Shown: one piece after another, positions 16,192 through 25,437 of the stretch
Layout of the letters: each line of letters starts with the position of its first letter
Numbering within the stretch: the first letter of the stretch is position 1
Assembly (NCBI GenBank): GCA_023263995.1
Contig: JALQTQ010000002.1
Coordinates: 1-50,767 of the forward strand
DNA: 50,767 nt
Source of the DNA: Akkermansiaceae bacterium
Lineage (GTDB): Bacteria; Verrucomicrobiota; Verrucomicrobiia; Verrucomicrobiales; Akkermansiaceae
Reading direction: 5' to 3'
The notes under the pieces: model-generated
Database searches by the model: none
Seen by the model: only the letters and a program-made list of their open reading frames with translations
What the model was told of the DNA's origin: nothing
Position numbers and translations under genes: made by a program

Positions 16192-17754
16192 GTGGCATGG
16201 GGTGACTTTCGCGTTGCTCTTCGTGGGGACGGCGGCAAACTGCGCCCCGACGTGAATCAGGTGTCAGTCAAGCCAAGTGTGAAGGAGTTTGCCGAGCTGT
16301 CGAAGGCCGGTAATGTGGTGCCAGTGTACGCCCAGTTGGCAGCTGATTTTGAGACTCCGGTTTCGGCTTTTCTGAAATTGCGCGACGGCGGGCATGCCTT
16401 TTTGTTTGAGAGCGCCGAAAGTACCGATGCCAGCGGGCGGTGGTCCATAGTGGGAAGCCAGCCGCGGTGGGTCTTCACCTCGCGGGGGAACGAAGTGACG
16501 ATCACGCGGGGCGGCACAAGCGAGACGCGACCGCGGAAAGGTGATGTGCTGGAGGAGTTGGAGAGGCTCATGGAGGGGTATCGTCCGGTCAGTCACGGCA
16601 ATGCCCCACCTTTTTTTGGTGGGGCGGTCGGGTATGTGGGATACGATGCGGCCCAGCAATTCGAGCCCAGTATCACGGAGTGTCCGCCCGACGACCTGAG
16701 GTTGCCGGAAGCCGTTTTCTTTTTGGCCGACACCCTGGTGGTGTTTGATCACAAGCTGCGTCGTTTGTTAGTGGTGGCCAATGCCATGCTCGACGAGGCG
16801 GCTTCGGTCGACGAAGCCTATGCGCAGGCGGTGGGTCGGGTGGGGGCCGTCCTTGAGATGCTTGACCGACCCCTCCATGTTTCCCCGCTCAACGGGTTGG
16901 CTACGGTGGAGGCTCCCGAGCCGGCCAGCAACACCACGCAGGAGGAATACGAGGACATGGTGCGGGCGGCCAAGGAATACATCGCGGCCGGCGATGCCTT
17001 TCAGGTGGTGCCCAGCCAGCGCTTTGAGGCCGACTTTGACGGTAGCAACATTGATCTCTACCGGGCGCTGCGGCACATCAATCCTTCGCCCTACATGTTT
17101 GTCTACGAGACGCCGGAGTTTTCGCTCGTGGGGAGCTCGCCTGAGGTTCACGTGCGTGCCATTGACGGGCGCATCGATATCCGTCCGATTGCCGGGACAC
17201 GCTGGCGCGGTAAGACGAAGGAAGAGGACGATGCCTTGGCGGCTGACCTGCTGGCCGATGAAAAGGAATGCGCCGAGCATGTCATGTTGATCGACCTGGC
17301 CCGCAATGACGTCGGGCGCATCTCCGAGCCCGGATCGGTCAAGGTCGATGACCAGATGATCGTTGAGCGCTACAGCCATGTCATGCACATCGTGTCAAAT
17401 GTCAGCGGACGTCTGTCGCCGGGGCATTCAACGTACGACGTTCTCAGGAGCACCTTCCCGGCGGGCACGGTGAGCGGGGCACCCAAGATCAGGGCGATGC
17501 AGATCATCAACTCGCTGGAGAAGAACAAGCGGGGGACCTACTCCGGGGCGGTCGGTTATTTCGGGTGGGATGGGAACCACGATTCCTGCATCGCCCTGCG
17601 GACTTGTCTCTTGAAGGACGACAAGGTCTACATCCAGGCCGGGGCCGGGGTGGTGGCGGACAGTGATCCGTCTTATGAATACCGGGAGACGGTGAACAAG
17701 GCAGCGGCGATGATGCGGGCGGTGGGTCTGGCCAAAACCCTGGCGAAGCCGTGA
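16192..17754 (+). CDS. trpE: anthranilate synthase component I
   Basis: GNVVPVY...TPVSAFLKL, GDAFQVVPSQRF, NPSPYMFV, MLIDLARNDVGR and GAPKIRAMQII are present. The start is uncertain: GTG 16192, or GTG 16261, which gives a more typical N-terminus. Confidence 0.9.
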   Translation: MAWGDFRVALRGDGGKLRPDVNQVSVKPSVKEFAELSKAGNVVPVYAQLAADFETPVSAFLKLRDGGHAFLFESAESTDASGRWSIVGSQPRWVFTSRGNEVTITRGGTSETRPRKGDVLEELERLMEGYRPVSHGNAPPFFGGAVGYVGYDAAQQFEPSITECPPDDLRLPEAVFFLADTLVVFDHKLRRLLVVANAMLDEAASVDEAYAQAVGRVGAVLEMLDRPLHVSPLNGLATVEAPEPASNTTQEEYEDMVRAAKEYIAAGDAFQVVPSQRFEADFDGSNIDLYRALRHINPSPYMFVYETPEFSLVGSSPEVHVRAIDGRIDIRPIAGTRWRGKTKEEDDALAADLLADEKECAEHVMLIDLARNDVGRISEPGSVKVDDQMIVERYSHVMHIVSNVSGRLSPGHSTYDVLRSTFPAGTVSGAPKIRAMQIINSLEKNKRGTYSGAVGYFGWDGNHDSCIALRTCLLKDDKVYIQAGAGVVADSDPSYEYRETVNKAAAMMRAVGLAKTLAKP

Positions 17755-18068
17755 AGGAGGTTTACCGCAATCACGAGTACATCCGCGTGAGTCACTTTCG
17801 TGACCTTGTCGAGGCGGCGGGGATTCCGACGATGCTACGAAACGAGCATCTCGTGCACGGAGTCGTGGAGATTCCCATCCCCGAGTTTTATCCCAACCTC
17901 TGTGTTTTGAATGACGAGGATTACGAGGCGGCCTGGACCATCATCCGGGATGCCTTGGAAAAGGAGAGGGAGGCCCCGGGTGAAGACTTGCAGTGCGGGC
18001 AATGTGGTGAGATGAATCCCGGCAACTTTGCAGAGTGCTTCGCCTGCCAACAACCACTCAGTTCCTGA
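17751..18068 (+). CDS. DUF2007-like small protein with a C-terminal zinc ribbon
   Basis: The 105-aa ORF has a GTG start overlapping the trpE stop (GTGA). It contains ...[19 protein letters not shown]...[18 protein letters not shown] and [18 protein letters not shown]. Confidence 0.5.
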   Translation: MKEVYRNHEYIRVSHFRDLVEAAGIPTMLRNEHLVHGVVEIPIPEFYPNLCVLNDEDYEAAWTIIRDALEKEREAPGEDLQCGQCGEMNPGNFAECFACQQPLSS

Positions 18069-18073
18069 TTCCC

Positions 18074-18637
18074 ATGCTCGTTGTCATCGATAACTACGAC
18101 TCCTTCACCTACAACCTCGTGCAATATTTCGGGGAGTTGGGTGCGGAGATGAAAGTGTTTCGGAATGATGCCATCACGGTGGAGAAACTGCGGGACCTGC
18201 AGCCGTCGCGGATTTGCATTTCGCCGGGGCCCTGCACGCCCAACGAGGCGGGCATTTCCTGCGAGGTAATCGAGGCCTTCGGAAGCGAGCTTCCGGTCTT
18301 CGGGGTCTGCCTCGGGCATCAATCGATCGGACAGGTTTACGGCGGGGAGGTGGTGCGGGCCCGGGAATTGATGCATGGCAAGACCTCGATGATTCATCAC
18401 GAGGGCAAGAGTGTTTTCAAGGGCCTGGAGAACCCGTTTGAGGCTACGCGTTATCATTCCCTGATCGTGAAGCGCGAGACCCTGCCGGATTGTCTCGAGG
18501 TCACGGCTTGGACCGAGGGTGGGGTGATCATGGGATTGCGACACAAGGAGTTCAACGTCCACGGGGTGCAGTTCCATCCTGAGTCCATCCTGACCAGTTC
18601 GGGAAAGCAGATCCTGCAGAACTTTCTGGATTTGTGA
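18074..18637 (+). CDS. trpG: anthranilate/aminodeoxychorismate synthase component II (glutamine amidotransferase)
   Basis: [29 protein letters not shown] (catalytic Cys) and VQFHPES are present. The ATG at 18074 was chosen over the longer ORF start at 18035. Confidence 0.9.
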   Translation: MLVVIDNYDSFTYNLVQYFGELGAEMKVFRNDAITVEKLRDLQPSRICISPGPCTPNEAGISCEVIEAFGSELPVFGVCLGHQSIGQVYGGEVVRARELMHGKTSMIHHEGKSVFKGLENPFEATRYHSLIVKRETLPDCLEVTAWTEGGVIMGLRHKEFNVHGVQFHPESILTSSGKQILQNFLDL

Positions 18638-18729
18638 ATGAGTAGGGGTTACGACCCGTCAAGACAGCTTCTTTTCCCGCAGATTGGGCTTGGTTTGGTT
18701 TCTGGAATTCCCTCTAGCAGTCACTTTTT

Positions 18730-19923
18730 ATGACCATAGACGAACTCAAAATGTTGATTGGAAACGGTGAGGCGGATCGCGTGGAAGTGACGCGATCAAC
18801 AACGGATACGAATAAGTTCCGGGAAGCGATCTGTGCGTTTTCAAACGATTTGGGCGGAAATGGCTTGCCAGGGTATCTCATCATCGGAATCGACGAAAAG
18901 GACGGGGATTTTCGGTTGCCAATCACCGATGACTTGATGCAACAATTTGCAGCTTATCGGTCGGATGGTCAGGTTATGCCGCTTCCTGTTATGCGAGTCG
19001 AGAAAGTGGATCATCCGGGGGGGGGAGGAGAGGTGTTGGTGGTGGAAGTTAAGCCACACGATATGCCGCCTGTCCGATTTAGGGGACGTGTCCACGTGCG
19101 GGTGGGGCCTCGAAAGGATACTGCAAGTGAGGCAGAAGAGCGGGTGCTTATGGAGCGTCGGGCGGCTAACTTTCCAACCTTTGACGCGGCACCATGCCCA
19201 GAAGGTCTGCTGGATCGTTTAGACCTGGAAACGTTTCGCCAAACATATCGGCCCGCTGCAATTGCGGAGGAGGTCATTGCGGAAAACCATCGAGATTTGA
19301 AGGAGCAGCTTGCGGCTTTGCGCTTTTACAACCTTCCCCGCGATTGTCCAACCAACGCTGGGATGCTGGTGCTGGCCTATGATCCGTTGGACCTTTTTCC
19401 GGGGGCAAAGGTTCAGTTTGTCCAATTCGATGGTCCAGGATTGGATGATGCGCCGCTTGCCGAAAAAACCTTCACTGGGAATTTGTTGACGATCCTTTCG
19501 GAGTTAGACGCTTTTCTAAACGGTCGGTTTACCCAACGCCCGGTCAAAGTGTCCGAATTGCGAGAAGTGGCCGTATTTGATTTCCCGCCTGAAGCGGTGA
19601 GAGAACTGTTGATGAACGCGATCCTTCATCGTGATTATCAGTCCACCAGTCCGGTTCGACTCTATCAGTTTAGCAACCGCATCGAGATTCAAAATCCCGG
19701 TGGCCTTTATGGGGAAGCTTCCCTCAATAATTTTCCCCGGGTGAATAGCTATCGCAACCCCATTATCGCCGAGGCCATGCATGTGCTTGGCTATGTTAAC
19801 CGTTTTGGCCGAGGCGTAGCACGGGCCAGGCGAGTGGTTGTTGAGAACGGAAGCCCTGAGTTGGAGTTTGAGTTCGAACCCCATCATTTTCTGGCTACCA
19901 TCCCAAAGCATCCTGCTCGATGA
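18730..19923 (+). CDS. Schlafen-like AlbA_2 (divergent AAA, PF04326-type) + HATPase_c_4 domain protein
   Basis: The N-terminus is ADRVEVTRSTTDTNKFREAICAFSNDLGGNGLPGYLIIGIDEKDG. The C-terminus is RELLMNAILHRDYQSTSPVRLYQFSNRIEIQNPGGL...SYRNPIIAEAM...NRFGRGV. These are the hallmark blocks of that two-domain family. Confidence 0.75.
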   Translation: MTIDELKMLIGNGEADRVEVTRSTTDTNKFREAICAFSNDLGGNGLPGYLIIGIDEKDGDFRLPITDDLMQQFAAYRSDGQVMPLPVMRVEKVDHPGGGGEVLVVEVKPHDMPPVRFRGRVHVRVGPRKDTASEAEERVLMERRAANFPTFDAAPCPEGLLDRLDLETFRQTYRPAAIAEEVIAENHRDLKEQLAALRFYNLPRDCPTNAGMLVLAYDPLDLFPGAKVQFVQFDGPGLDDAPLAEKTFTGNLLTILSELDAFLNGRFTQRPVKVSELREVAVFDFPPEAVRELLMNAILHRDYQSTSPVRLYQFSNRIEIQNPGGLYGEASLNNFPRVNSYRNPIIAEAMHVLGYVNRFGRGVARARRVVVENGSPELEFEFEPHHFLATIPKHPAR

Positions 19924-20954
19924 AGACTCTCGCGTTTTTCAATAATAAAGGCGGTGTAGGGAAAACCACACTAGTTTATCATCTTGCCTGGATACTCTGT
20001 GACATGGGGAAGCGCGTGTTGGTTGCTGATCTCGACCCTCAAGCGAATGTCACTTCGATGTTTCTATCTGAGGACGACCTCGAAACTCTTTGGAATCCGG
20101 AAGTTGACAGCAAACAGAGCATCATGGCTCCGATTGAGCCGTTGATTCGCGGCCTCGGCGATATTGGCCAAGCTCCGTGTCATCAAATTTGCGAAGGCTT
20201 GTGTCTGCTACCAGGGGATTTGAGTCTTTCGAACTTCGAGTCGAAGCTTTCTGACTCATGGGGAAGATGCCTGGACCGGGATGAGGCAGCCTTTCGGATA
20301 ACGAGTGCCTTTCACCGACTGACACGGAATGCAGCTGATGATTTCGGAGCGGATATTGTGCTCATTGATGTAGGGCCGAATTTTGGTGCTCTCAATCGAG
20401 CGGCTCTCATATCTGCGGATGCCGTTGTAGTTCCCCTAGCTCCAGACCTATTCTCGATCCAAGGTCTTCGAAATCTGGGTCCGACGCTTAAGCGATGGAG
20501 GGAGGAGTGGAACGAGCGGAAGACGAAGAATCCAGAACCTTCGCTTGATCTGCCTACCGGGACAATGTCGCCGCTGGGTTACGTGGTTCTCCAGTTCGGA
20601 ATCAGAGACAGCCGCCCCGTCAAAGCCTATGACAAGTGGTCCAAGAAGATCCCCTCAACTTTTCGGGATTTTGTAATTGGCTTGCCGGCGCAAGGCGAAG
20701 TGGCTGAGGGGGAGGATGAATACTGTCTCGCTCTTCTGAAGCATTATCGCAGCCTGATGCCTATGGCAATGGAATCGCGAAAGCCAATCTTTCACCTCAA
20801 GGCAGCAGACGGAGCAATCGGAGCTCACACCTATAGCGTGAACGATAGTGGGAAGGATTTTCGACGACTTGCGGACCAGATTCTTGAGCGCCTCGGAAGT
20901 GGATCTCTTTATACCGATTCTTCCTTCAGGGCGCTGATGAATAATGATTTGTGA
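19920..20954 (+). CDS. ParA/Soj-family (deviant Walker A) ATPase with an extended C-terminal region
   Basis: MKTLAFFNNKGGVGKTTLVYHLAWIL...VLVADLDPQANVT and VLIDVGPNFGALN are present. The start overlaps the upstream stop (ATGA at 19920-19923). Confidence 0.8.
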   Translation: MKTLAFFNNKGGVGKTTLVYHLAWILCDMGKRVLVADLDPQANVTSMFLSEDDLETLWNPEVDSKQSIMAPIEPLIRGLGDIGQAPCHQICEGLCLLPGDLSLSNFESKLSDSWGRCLDRDEAAFRITSAFHRLTRNAADDFGADIVLIDVGPNFGALNRAALISADAVVVPLAPDLFSIQGLRNLGPTLKRWREEWNERKTKNPEPSLDLPTGTMSPLGYVVLQFGIRDSRPVKAYDKWSKKIPSTFRDFVIGLPAQGEVAEGEDEYCLALLKHYRSLMPMAMESRKPIFHLKAADGAIGAHTYSVNDSGKDFRRLADQILERLGSGSLYTDSSFRALMNNDL

Positions 20955-20990
20955 CGATTTGATCATTCATTGAATGACAACTGTTTTAGT

Positions 20991-21617
20991 TCAAAAAGGA
21001 ACGGGTGAGGTGAAGGTCAGGGTTTCGTTGCTCACGGGGTGGCGGAAGGTCAGGCTGGCGGCGTGCAGTTTCATCTTTCCGGGGTCGTGGCCGTGGCCGT
21101 AGAGCGGGTCGTCGACGATGGGGGTGCCGAGGCCCTTCGGGTGGGCGGCGTGGACCCGAAGCTGGTGGGTGCGGCCGGTCAGGGGTTCGAAATGGACGCG
21201 GGTGATGCCGTTTTCGACTGCGAGCTTGCGCCAACGGGTGATCCCGATCTTGCCGTGGACCTCGTCGTAGATCTGGTAGGGGCGGTTCTCGATGTCGAGG
21301 CGGAAGGGCAGGGTGATGGTTCCCTCGTCGTCTTCCGGTTCTCCGTCGAGGAGGGCCTGGTAGATCTTTTTGGGTTCCCGGTTTTGAAATTGGATCGAGA
21401 GGGCGCGGTGGGCCTCGGCGGTGAAGGCGAGGACGAGGAGGCCCGAGGTGTCCATGTCGAGCCGGTGCACTGCGGGGTGGGTGAGGCAGCCGGGGTTGGC
21501 GAGTCGGATGCGGTGGGCCACCGAGTCGATCTTTTCGGGTCCGCGGCCGGGGACTGAGAGGAAGCCGCTGGGCTTGTCGACCACGATGAGGTGTTCGTCC
21601 TGGAAGACGATGGTCAT
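20991..21617 (-). CDS. RluA-family pseudouridine synthase
   Basis: MTIVFQDEHLIVVDKPSGFLSVPG...HRLDMDTSGLLVLA...TGRTHQLRVHAA is present. The ATG at 21617 was chosen because it overlaps the upstream gene stop (ATGA). The longer ORF to 21701 would run into that gene. Confidence 0.85.
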   Translation of the reverse strand: MTIVFQDEHLIVVDKPSGFLSVPGRGPEKIDSVAHRIRLANPGCLTHPAVHRLDMDTSGLLVLAFTAEAHRALSIQFQNREPKKIYQALLDGEPEDDEGTITLPFRLDIENRPYQIYDEVHGKIGITRWRKLAVENGITRVHFEPLTGRTHQLRVHAAHPKGLGTPIVDDPLYGHGHDPGKMKLHAASLTFRHPVSNETLTFTSPVPF

Positions 21618-23260
21618 TGCACCTTCAGGATGGCCTCGATCATCTGGCGGGTCTCCTCGATGTTGTGCTGGGGATGGGGAGGCATCGGTTGTTCGCCCCA
21701 AGCCCCGCTTCCGCCGGTGAGGATCTTCTTGGCCAGGGTCTCGTAGGCCTCTGGATCCTCGGCGTATTTCTTGGCCACGTCGCGGTAGCTGGGTCCGATC
21801 GAGGCGGTCTTGGTCTGATGACAGGAGAGGCAGGTTGTTTCCCCGATGAGCTTGGTGCCGGGGTGGTTCAAGGGCAGGCCTTTCATGCGGGGGTCGGACG
21901 GGGAGACCGGGATGGGGACGGGGGTGGTGGAATAGGTGATTCGCTTGAGCTTGCCGTCCTTGCCGTCGTACCAGGCTGAGCCGTATTCGAGGAGGTAAAG
22001 TTCGCCCTTGGGACCGAGCTCCAGGTCGCCGGGATGGACGAAGCGGTATTTTCCGAGGAAGGGATGGTTCCAGGCGATCTTGCCCTTGTCATCGAGTTTG
22101 ATCGCGTAGAGCCGGGCCGTGGTCCAGTCGTAGGCGATGAGGCATCCGTCGAGTGCGGGTGGGAGGCCCGGGCCGTCCTTGGGGAAGAGGTCGGTGTAGA
22201 AGACTGGGCCGGCGCAGGCGGAGGCGTGGGGATAGTGCCAGAGGGCGGGTTGGGCTGGCGGGAGTTGAGTCAGGCCGGTGTTGTTGACCGAAGTGTTGAC
22301 CGGAGCGGCAGGGTCGAACTTGGCTCCGATCTTTTTGGTCGCGAAGTCGTAGTCGGCGTAGGCTTGGTTGTCTCCGCTGAAGTAGGGCCAACCGAAATTA
22401 CCCGGCCCGCGGGCTTGATTGATCTCATCGTATCCGCGCGGGCCACGGTCGGAATCGCGTCCGGCGTCGGGCCCCACCATGCCCCAGTAGAGGAAGTTGG
22501 TCTTGGGGTCGACCGAGATGCGGTAAGGGTTGCGGCAGCCCATGACGTAGATTTCCGGGCAGGTTTTCGGGGTGCCTTCGGGGAAGAGGTTGCCTTTTGG
22601 GATGGTGTACGAGCCGTCGGGGGTGGGCTTGATGCGGAGGATCTTGCCGCGCAGGTCGTTGGTGTTGGCGGCGCTGCGCTGGGCGTCGTACCACTTGCGT
22701 TCGGGGCCTTCGTCGATGGGGGCGGAACCGTTTGACTGGAACGGGCAGGTGTTGTCTCCGGTGGAGAGGTAGAGGCAGCCATCGGGTCCGAAGGTCAGGG
22801 AGCCTCCCTCGTGGCAGGTCGCATTCTCGCGGTCGTGGGGGACCTCAAGAAGTTTCTTTTCGGTAGTCAGGGTGGTGCCATTGAAAGTGAAGCGGGAGAG
22901 TTGGTGGACGGGCTTTTCGGGGACAGAGTAGTAGAGGTAAACCCAGTGGTTTTGAGCGTAGTCTGGATCGAGAGTGATGCCGAGGAGACCGCATTCGCGG
23001 GCGAACTCGCCCTTCTTGACCTCCACCGGGAGAGTGGCGACCAGCTTGGTCTGGCCTGACTCCGGGTTCACCAGCTTGACCGCGCCGGTGCGTTCGACGA
23101 CGAAGACATGGCCTTGCGGGGTGACTGCGATTTCCATCGCGTCGACGAATCCCTCTGCGACGGTATCAACGCGGAAGTAGTCATCGGCCGGAGGAGTGGC
23201 GAAAGTGGTGGAGGCGGTGAGGAGGGAAGCGAGCGAGAGATAGAGGCGGAACATGGCCAT
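21614..23260 (-). CDS. PQQ-dependent (sorbosone/glucose dehydrogenase-like) beta-propeller fused to a C-terminal c-type cytochrome domain
   Basis: A signal peptide MAMFRLYLSLASLLTASTTFA follows the ATG at 23260. GLLGITLDPDYAQNHWVYLYYS and GGSLTFGPDGCLYLSTGDN are present, with a heme motif CLSCHQ near the C-terminus. Confidence 0.75.
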   Translation of the reverse strand: MAMFRLYLSLASLLTASTTFATPPADDYFRVDTVAEGFVDAMEIAVTPQGHVFVVERTGAVKLVNPESGQTKLVATLPVEVKKGEFARECGLLGITLDPDYAQNHWVYLYYSVPEKPVHQLSRFTFNGTTLTTEKKLLEVPHDRENATCHEGGSLTFGPDGCLYLSTGDNTCPFQSNGSAPIDEGPERKWYDAQRSAANTNDLRGKILRIKPTPDGSYTIPKGNLFPEGTPKTCPEIYVMGCRNPYRISVDPKTNFLYWGMVGPDAGRDSDRGPRGYDEINQARGPGNFGWPYFSGDNQAYADYDFATKKIGAKFDPAAPVNTSVNNTGLTQLPPAQPALWHYPHASACAGPVFYTDLFPKDGPGLPPALDGCLIAYDWTTARLYAIKLDDKGKIAWNHPFLGKYRFVHPGDLELGPKGELYLLEYGSAWYDGKDGKLKRITYSTTPVPIPVSPSDPRMKGLPLNHPGTKLIGETTCLSCHQTKTASIGPSYRDVAKKYAEDPEAYETLAKKILTGGSGAWGEQPMPPHPQHNIEETRQMIEAILKVQ

Positions 23261-23354
23261 GGCCGGGAGTGTGGCGATAATTCTTGGGCAGGGCAAGACC
23301 TCACCGAGAAAGGAAACAAGGCTGGATATGGGAGGGAAAGCGGTCTAAACACCT

Positions 23355-25433
23355 ATGATGATGATCAGACCATTCATCGGCATTTTTCTTCTGGCCGGGT
23401 GGGTCTGCGGGGAAGTCTCGCTTCAAGAGGTGGAAACGGTCGGGGTGGCCTCCTTTCAGCACGCGAACTCGACCTCCGAGGTCATCACTCATCCGGACAG
23501 TGGGCATGTCCTGAGTTCTTCGCGCGACCACTGTGTGCGTCTTTGGGAGCTGAAATCCGGAAAGCTGGTGCGACGTTTCACTGAGCCAGGCTGCGGGATG
23601 ATGTGGGGAATCCGATTCGTCAAGGAGGGCAAGGAATTCCTTGCCGCAAGCAGTTCGAATCGAGTTTATCGATTTGAGCTGGCGACCGGGAAGGTTCTCA
23701 TGACTTACGAGCATTCCGATGACGTCTACCGGCTGGCCTTGCACCCGGATGGGAAGCATTTTGTGGCGGTGGGCTCCGCCAAGACCGTGATCCTTTGGGA
23801 GTTGGAGACTGGGAAGAAGGTGCGGACGTTCCATGGTCACACCGGTGATGTTTACACCGCGATCGTAGTGGAGGATGGGAAACGACTCATTACCGGCTCC
23901 AGTGATGACACCGTGAAGCAGTGGGATTTGCGCAGCGGAGAGTGTCTCAAGACCTTGAAGGAGAAGCCGACCTTCGGTGATGTCTTCACTCTCGTTACTT
24001 CTCCCGATAAGAGGCGGTTTGCCATGGTGAGCGACGATCAAAACCTGCGGGTTTTCGACAGTGCTTCGCTGGAGGAAGTCTGGAAGACGAAGTTGTCGTC
24101 GGAAGGGCAGGTGGTGGCGTGGTCGCCGGATGGTCGGTGGTTGGCCACGGCATCGAAGGATGGCCAGCTTTATCTGTTGGCGGCGACTGATGGGAGAGTG
24201 GCCAAAAAGATCAAAACTCAAAAGGGGGCTCACACCCCGGTGACTTTTTCGGAAGACGGAAAGGTGTTGATTTCCGGGGGCGACTGGATCCTCCATCTGC
24301 ACGATGTTCGGACAGGGGAGCGCATCAAACCAAGCATGGGTTTTTCCTCGCATTCCTTCGCCTACGATGCCCTCGTGGTGGGCAAAGGGGGGCAATGGAC
24401 CGTCATGGCGGATGGATCCCGCCTCGAGATTCGCGATCGGAAAAATCCTGGAGAATGTCGTGTGATCACAGAATCGGGGGAGGTCACTTCCATGGTCTTG
24501 TCGGACGATGGCTCTTTCCTCGCCATCGGCGGGGAGCAGGGCGAAATCTCGATTCGTGAAACCAAGGGATTCACCCGCGTTCATCGCCTGAAGGCAACCA
24601 CCGCAATCACGTCCTTGGATTTTTCGTCGAATGGATCTCGGTTGGTGTCGGGTGAAACGCGTGGCGGGGTCACGGTTTGGGCGATGCCCACCGGGGAGAA
24701 AGTCCGTGATTTGGTGGGGCACCGGGACACCGTCAACAAGGTGGCTTTTCACGCGGGTGGTGAGCAGGTTATCACAGTGGCAGATGATCGCACCCTGCGC
24801 ATCTGGTCGGTGTCAGGGGGTGGGGCACCGGTTCTCTTGGCGGTGAAAGATTATAATCCCGACGATTTTCTGTCCCTCGATGACGGGCGCTCCCTGCTTG
24901 TGTCGGGGGAAAGTGAAAAGCTGTATGGGCGGATCTTGCCGAAGGTGAATCAGCGGAAGATCAAGGACTCCGCCCAAGTGCGGCAGTTGGTCGGACAGTT
25001 GGGGGACGAGATTTATCAAAAGCGGGAGCAAGCGATGCAGGAGTTGGCCGGTTTTGGGCGGAAAGTCCTGCCCTTGCTCGAAGCCGTCAAAACCACCGAC
25101 CCCGAGGTGAGAGCCCGCCTGATCGGGGTTCGCAATATCCTGTGGGGAACCTTGTCGAATCAGGACCTCAGGGTGATCAAGGAATTCGATGAGGATCTTT
25201 CGGGAATTGTTGCCGATCCGAAGGGGCGATTTTGGGTCGGGCGGCTTGGGGAAAACGGGGTGGAAAGAATCGTGCTGGGGAGAATTGATCACGACCAGAA
25301 GGTCGTCGCCGTGATCAAGACCGTGGAGAATCTCCACGGGTGCAAGCGGCTGGTCTTTTCACCCGACGGCGGGCACCTCGGCTCGCTTAACGCTGACGGC
25401 ACCGTCACTCTCTACCGGGTGATCGTCGAGTGA
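23355..25433 (+). CDS. secreted WD40-repeat protein with a helical C-terminal region
   Basis: A signal peptide MMMIRPFIGIFLLAGWVCG is present. There are repeated WD40 units, e.g. HTGDVYTAIVVEDGKRLITGSSDDTVKQWDL and DRTLRIWSV. Confidence 0.8.
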   Translation: MMMIRPFIGIFLLAGWVCGEVSLQEVETVGVASFQHANSTSEVITHPDSGHVLSSSRDHCVRLWELKSGKLVRRFTEPGCGMMWGIRFVKEGKEFLAASSSNRVYRFELATGKVLMTYEHSDDVYRLALHPDGKHFVAVGSAKTVILWELETGKKVRTFHGHTGDVYTAIVVEDGKRLITGSSDDTVKQWDLRSGECLKTLKEKPTFGDVFTLVTSPDKRRFAMVSDDQNLRVFDSASLEEVWKTKLSSEGQVVAWSPDGRWLATASKDGQLYLLAATDGRVAKKIKTQKGAHTPVTFSEDGKVLISGGDWILHLHDVRTGERIKPSMGFSSHSFAYDALVVGKGGQWTVMADGSRLEIRDRKNPGECRVITESGEVTSMVLSDDGSFLAIGGEQGEISIRETKGFTRVHRLKATTAITSLDFSSNGSRLVSGETRGGVTVWAMPTGEKVRDLVGHRDTVNKVAFHAGGEQVITVADDRTLRIWSVSGGGAPVLLAVKDYNPDDFLSLDDGRSLLVSGESEKLYGRILPKVNQRKIKDSAQVRQLVGQLGDEIYQKREQAMQELAGFGRKVLPLLEAVKTTDPEVRARLIGVRNILWGTLSNQDLRVIKEFDEDLSGIVADPKGRFWVGRLGENGVERIVLGRIDHDQKVVAVIKTVENLHGCKRLVFSPDGGHLGSLNADGTVTLYRVIVE

Positions 25434-25437
25434 TGTT

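Noticed and set aside
15839-16198. 119-aa minus-strand ORF in the trpE upstream spacer
   Set aside because: The translation is Pro/Ser-rich with no motif, no obvious ribosome-binding context and no neighbours in an operon. It is more likely non-coding leader DNA.
20963-20977. 15-bp palindrome TCATTCATTGAATGA between the convergent ParA-like and rluA-like genes as a bidirectional terminator
   Set aside because: The stem leaves essentially no loop, is AT-rich and lacks a U-tract. It may be a protein-binding palindrome or chance, and there is not enough evidence to call it.
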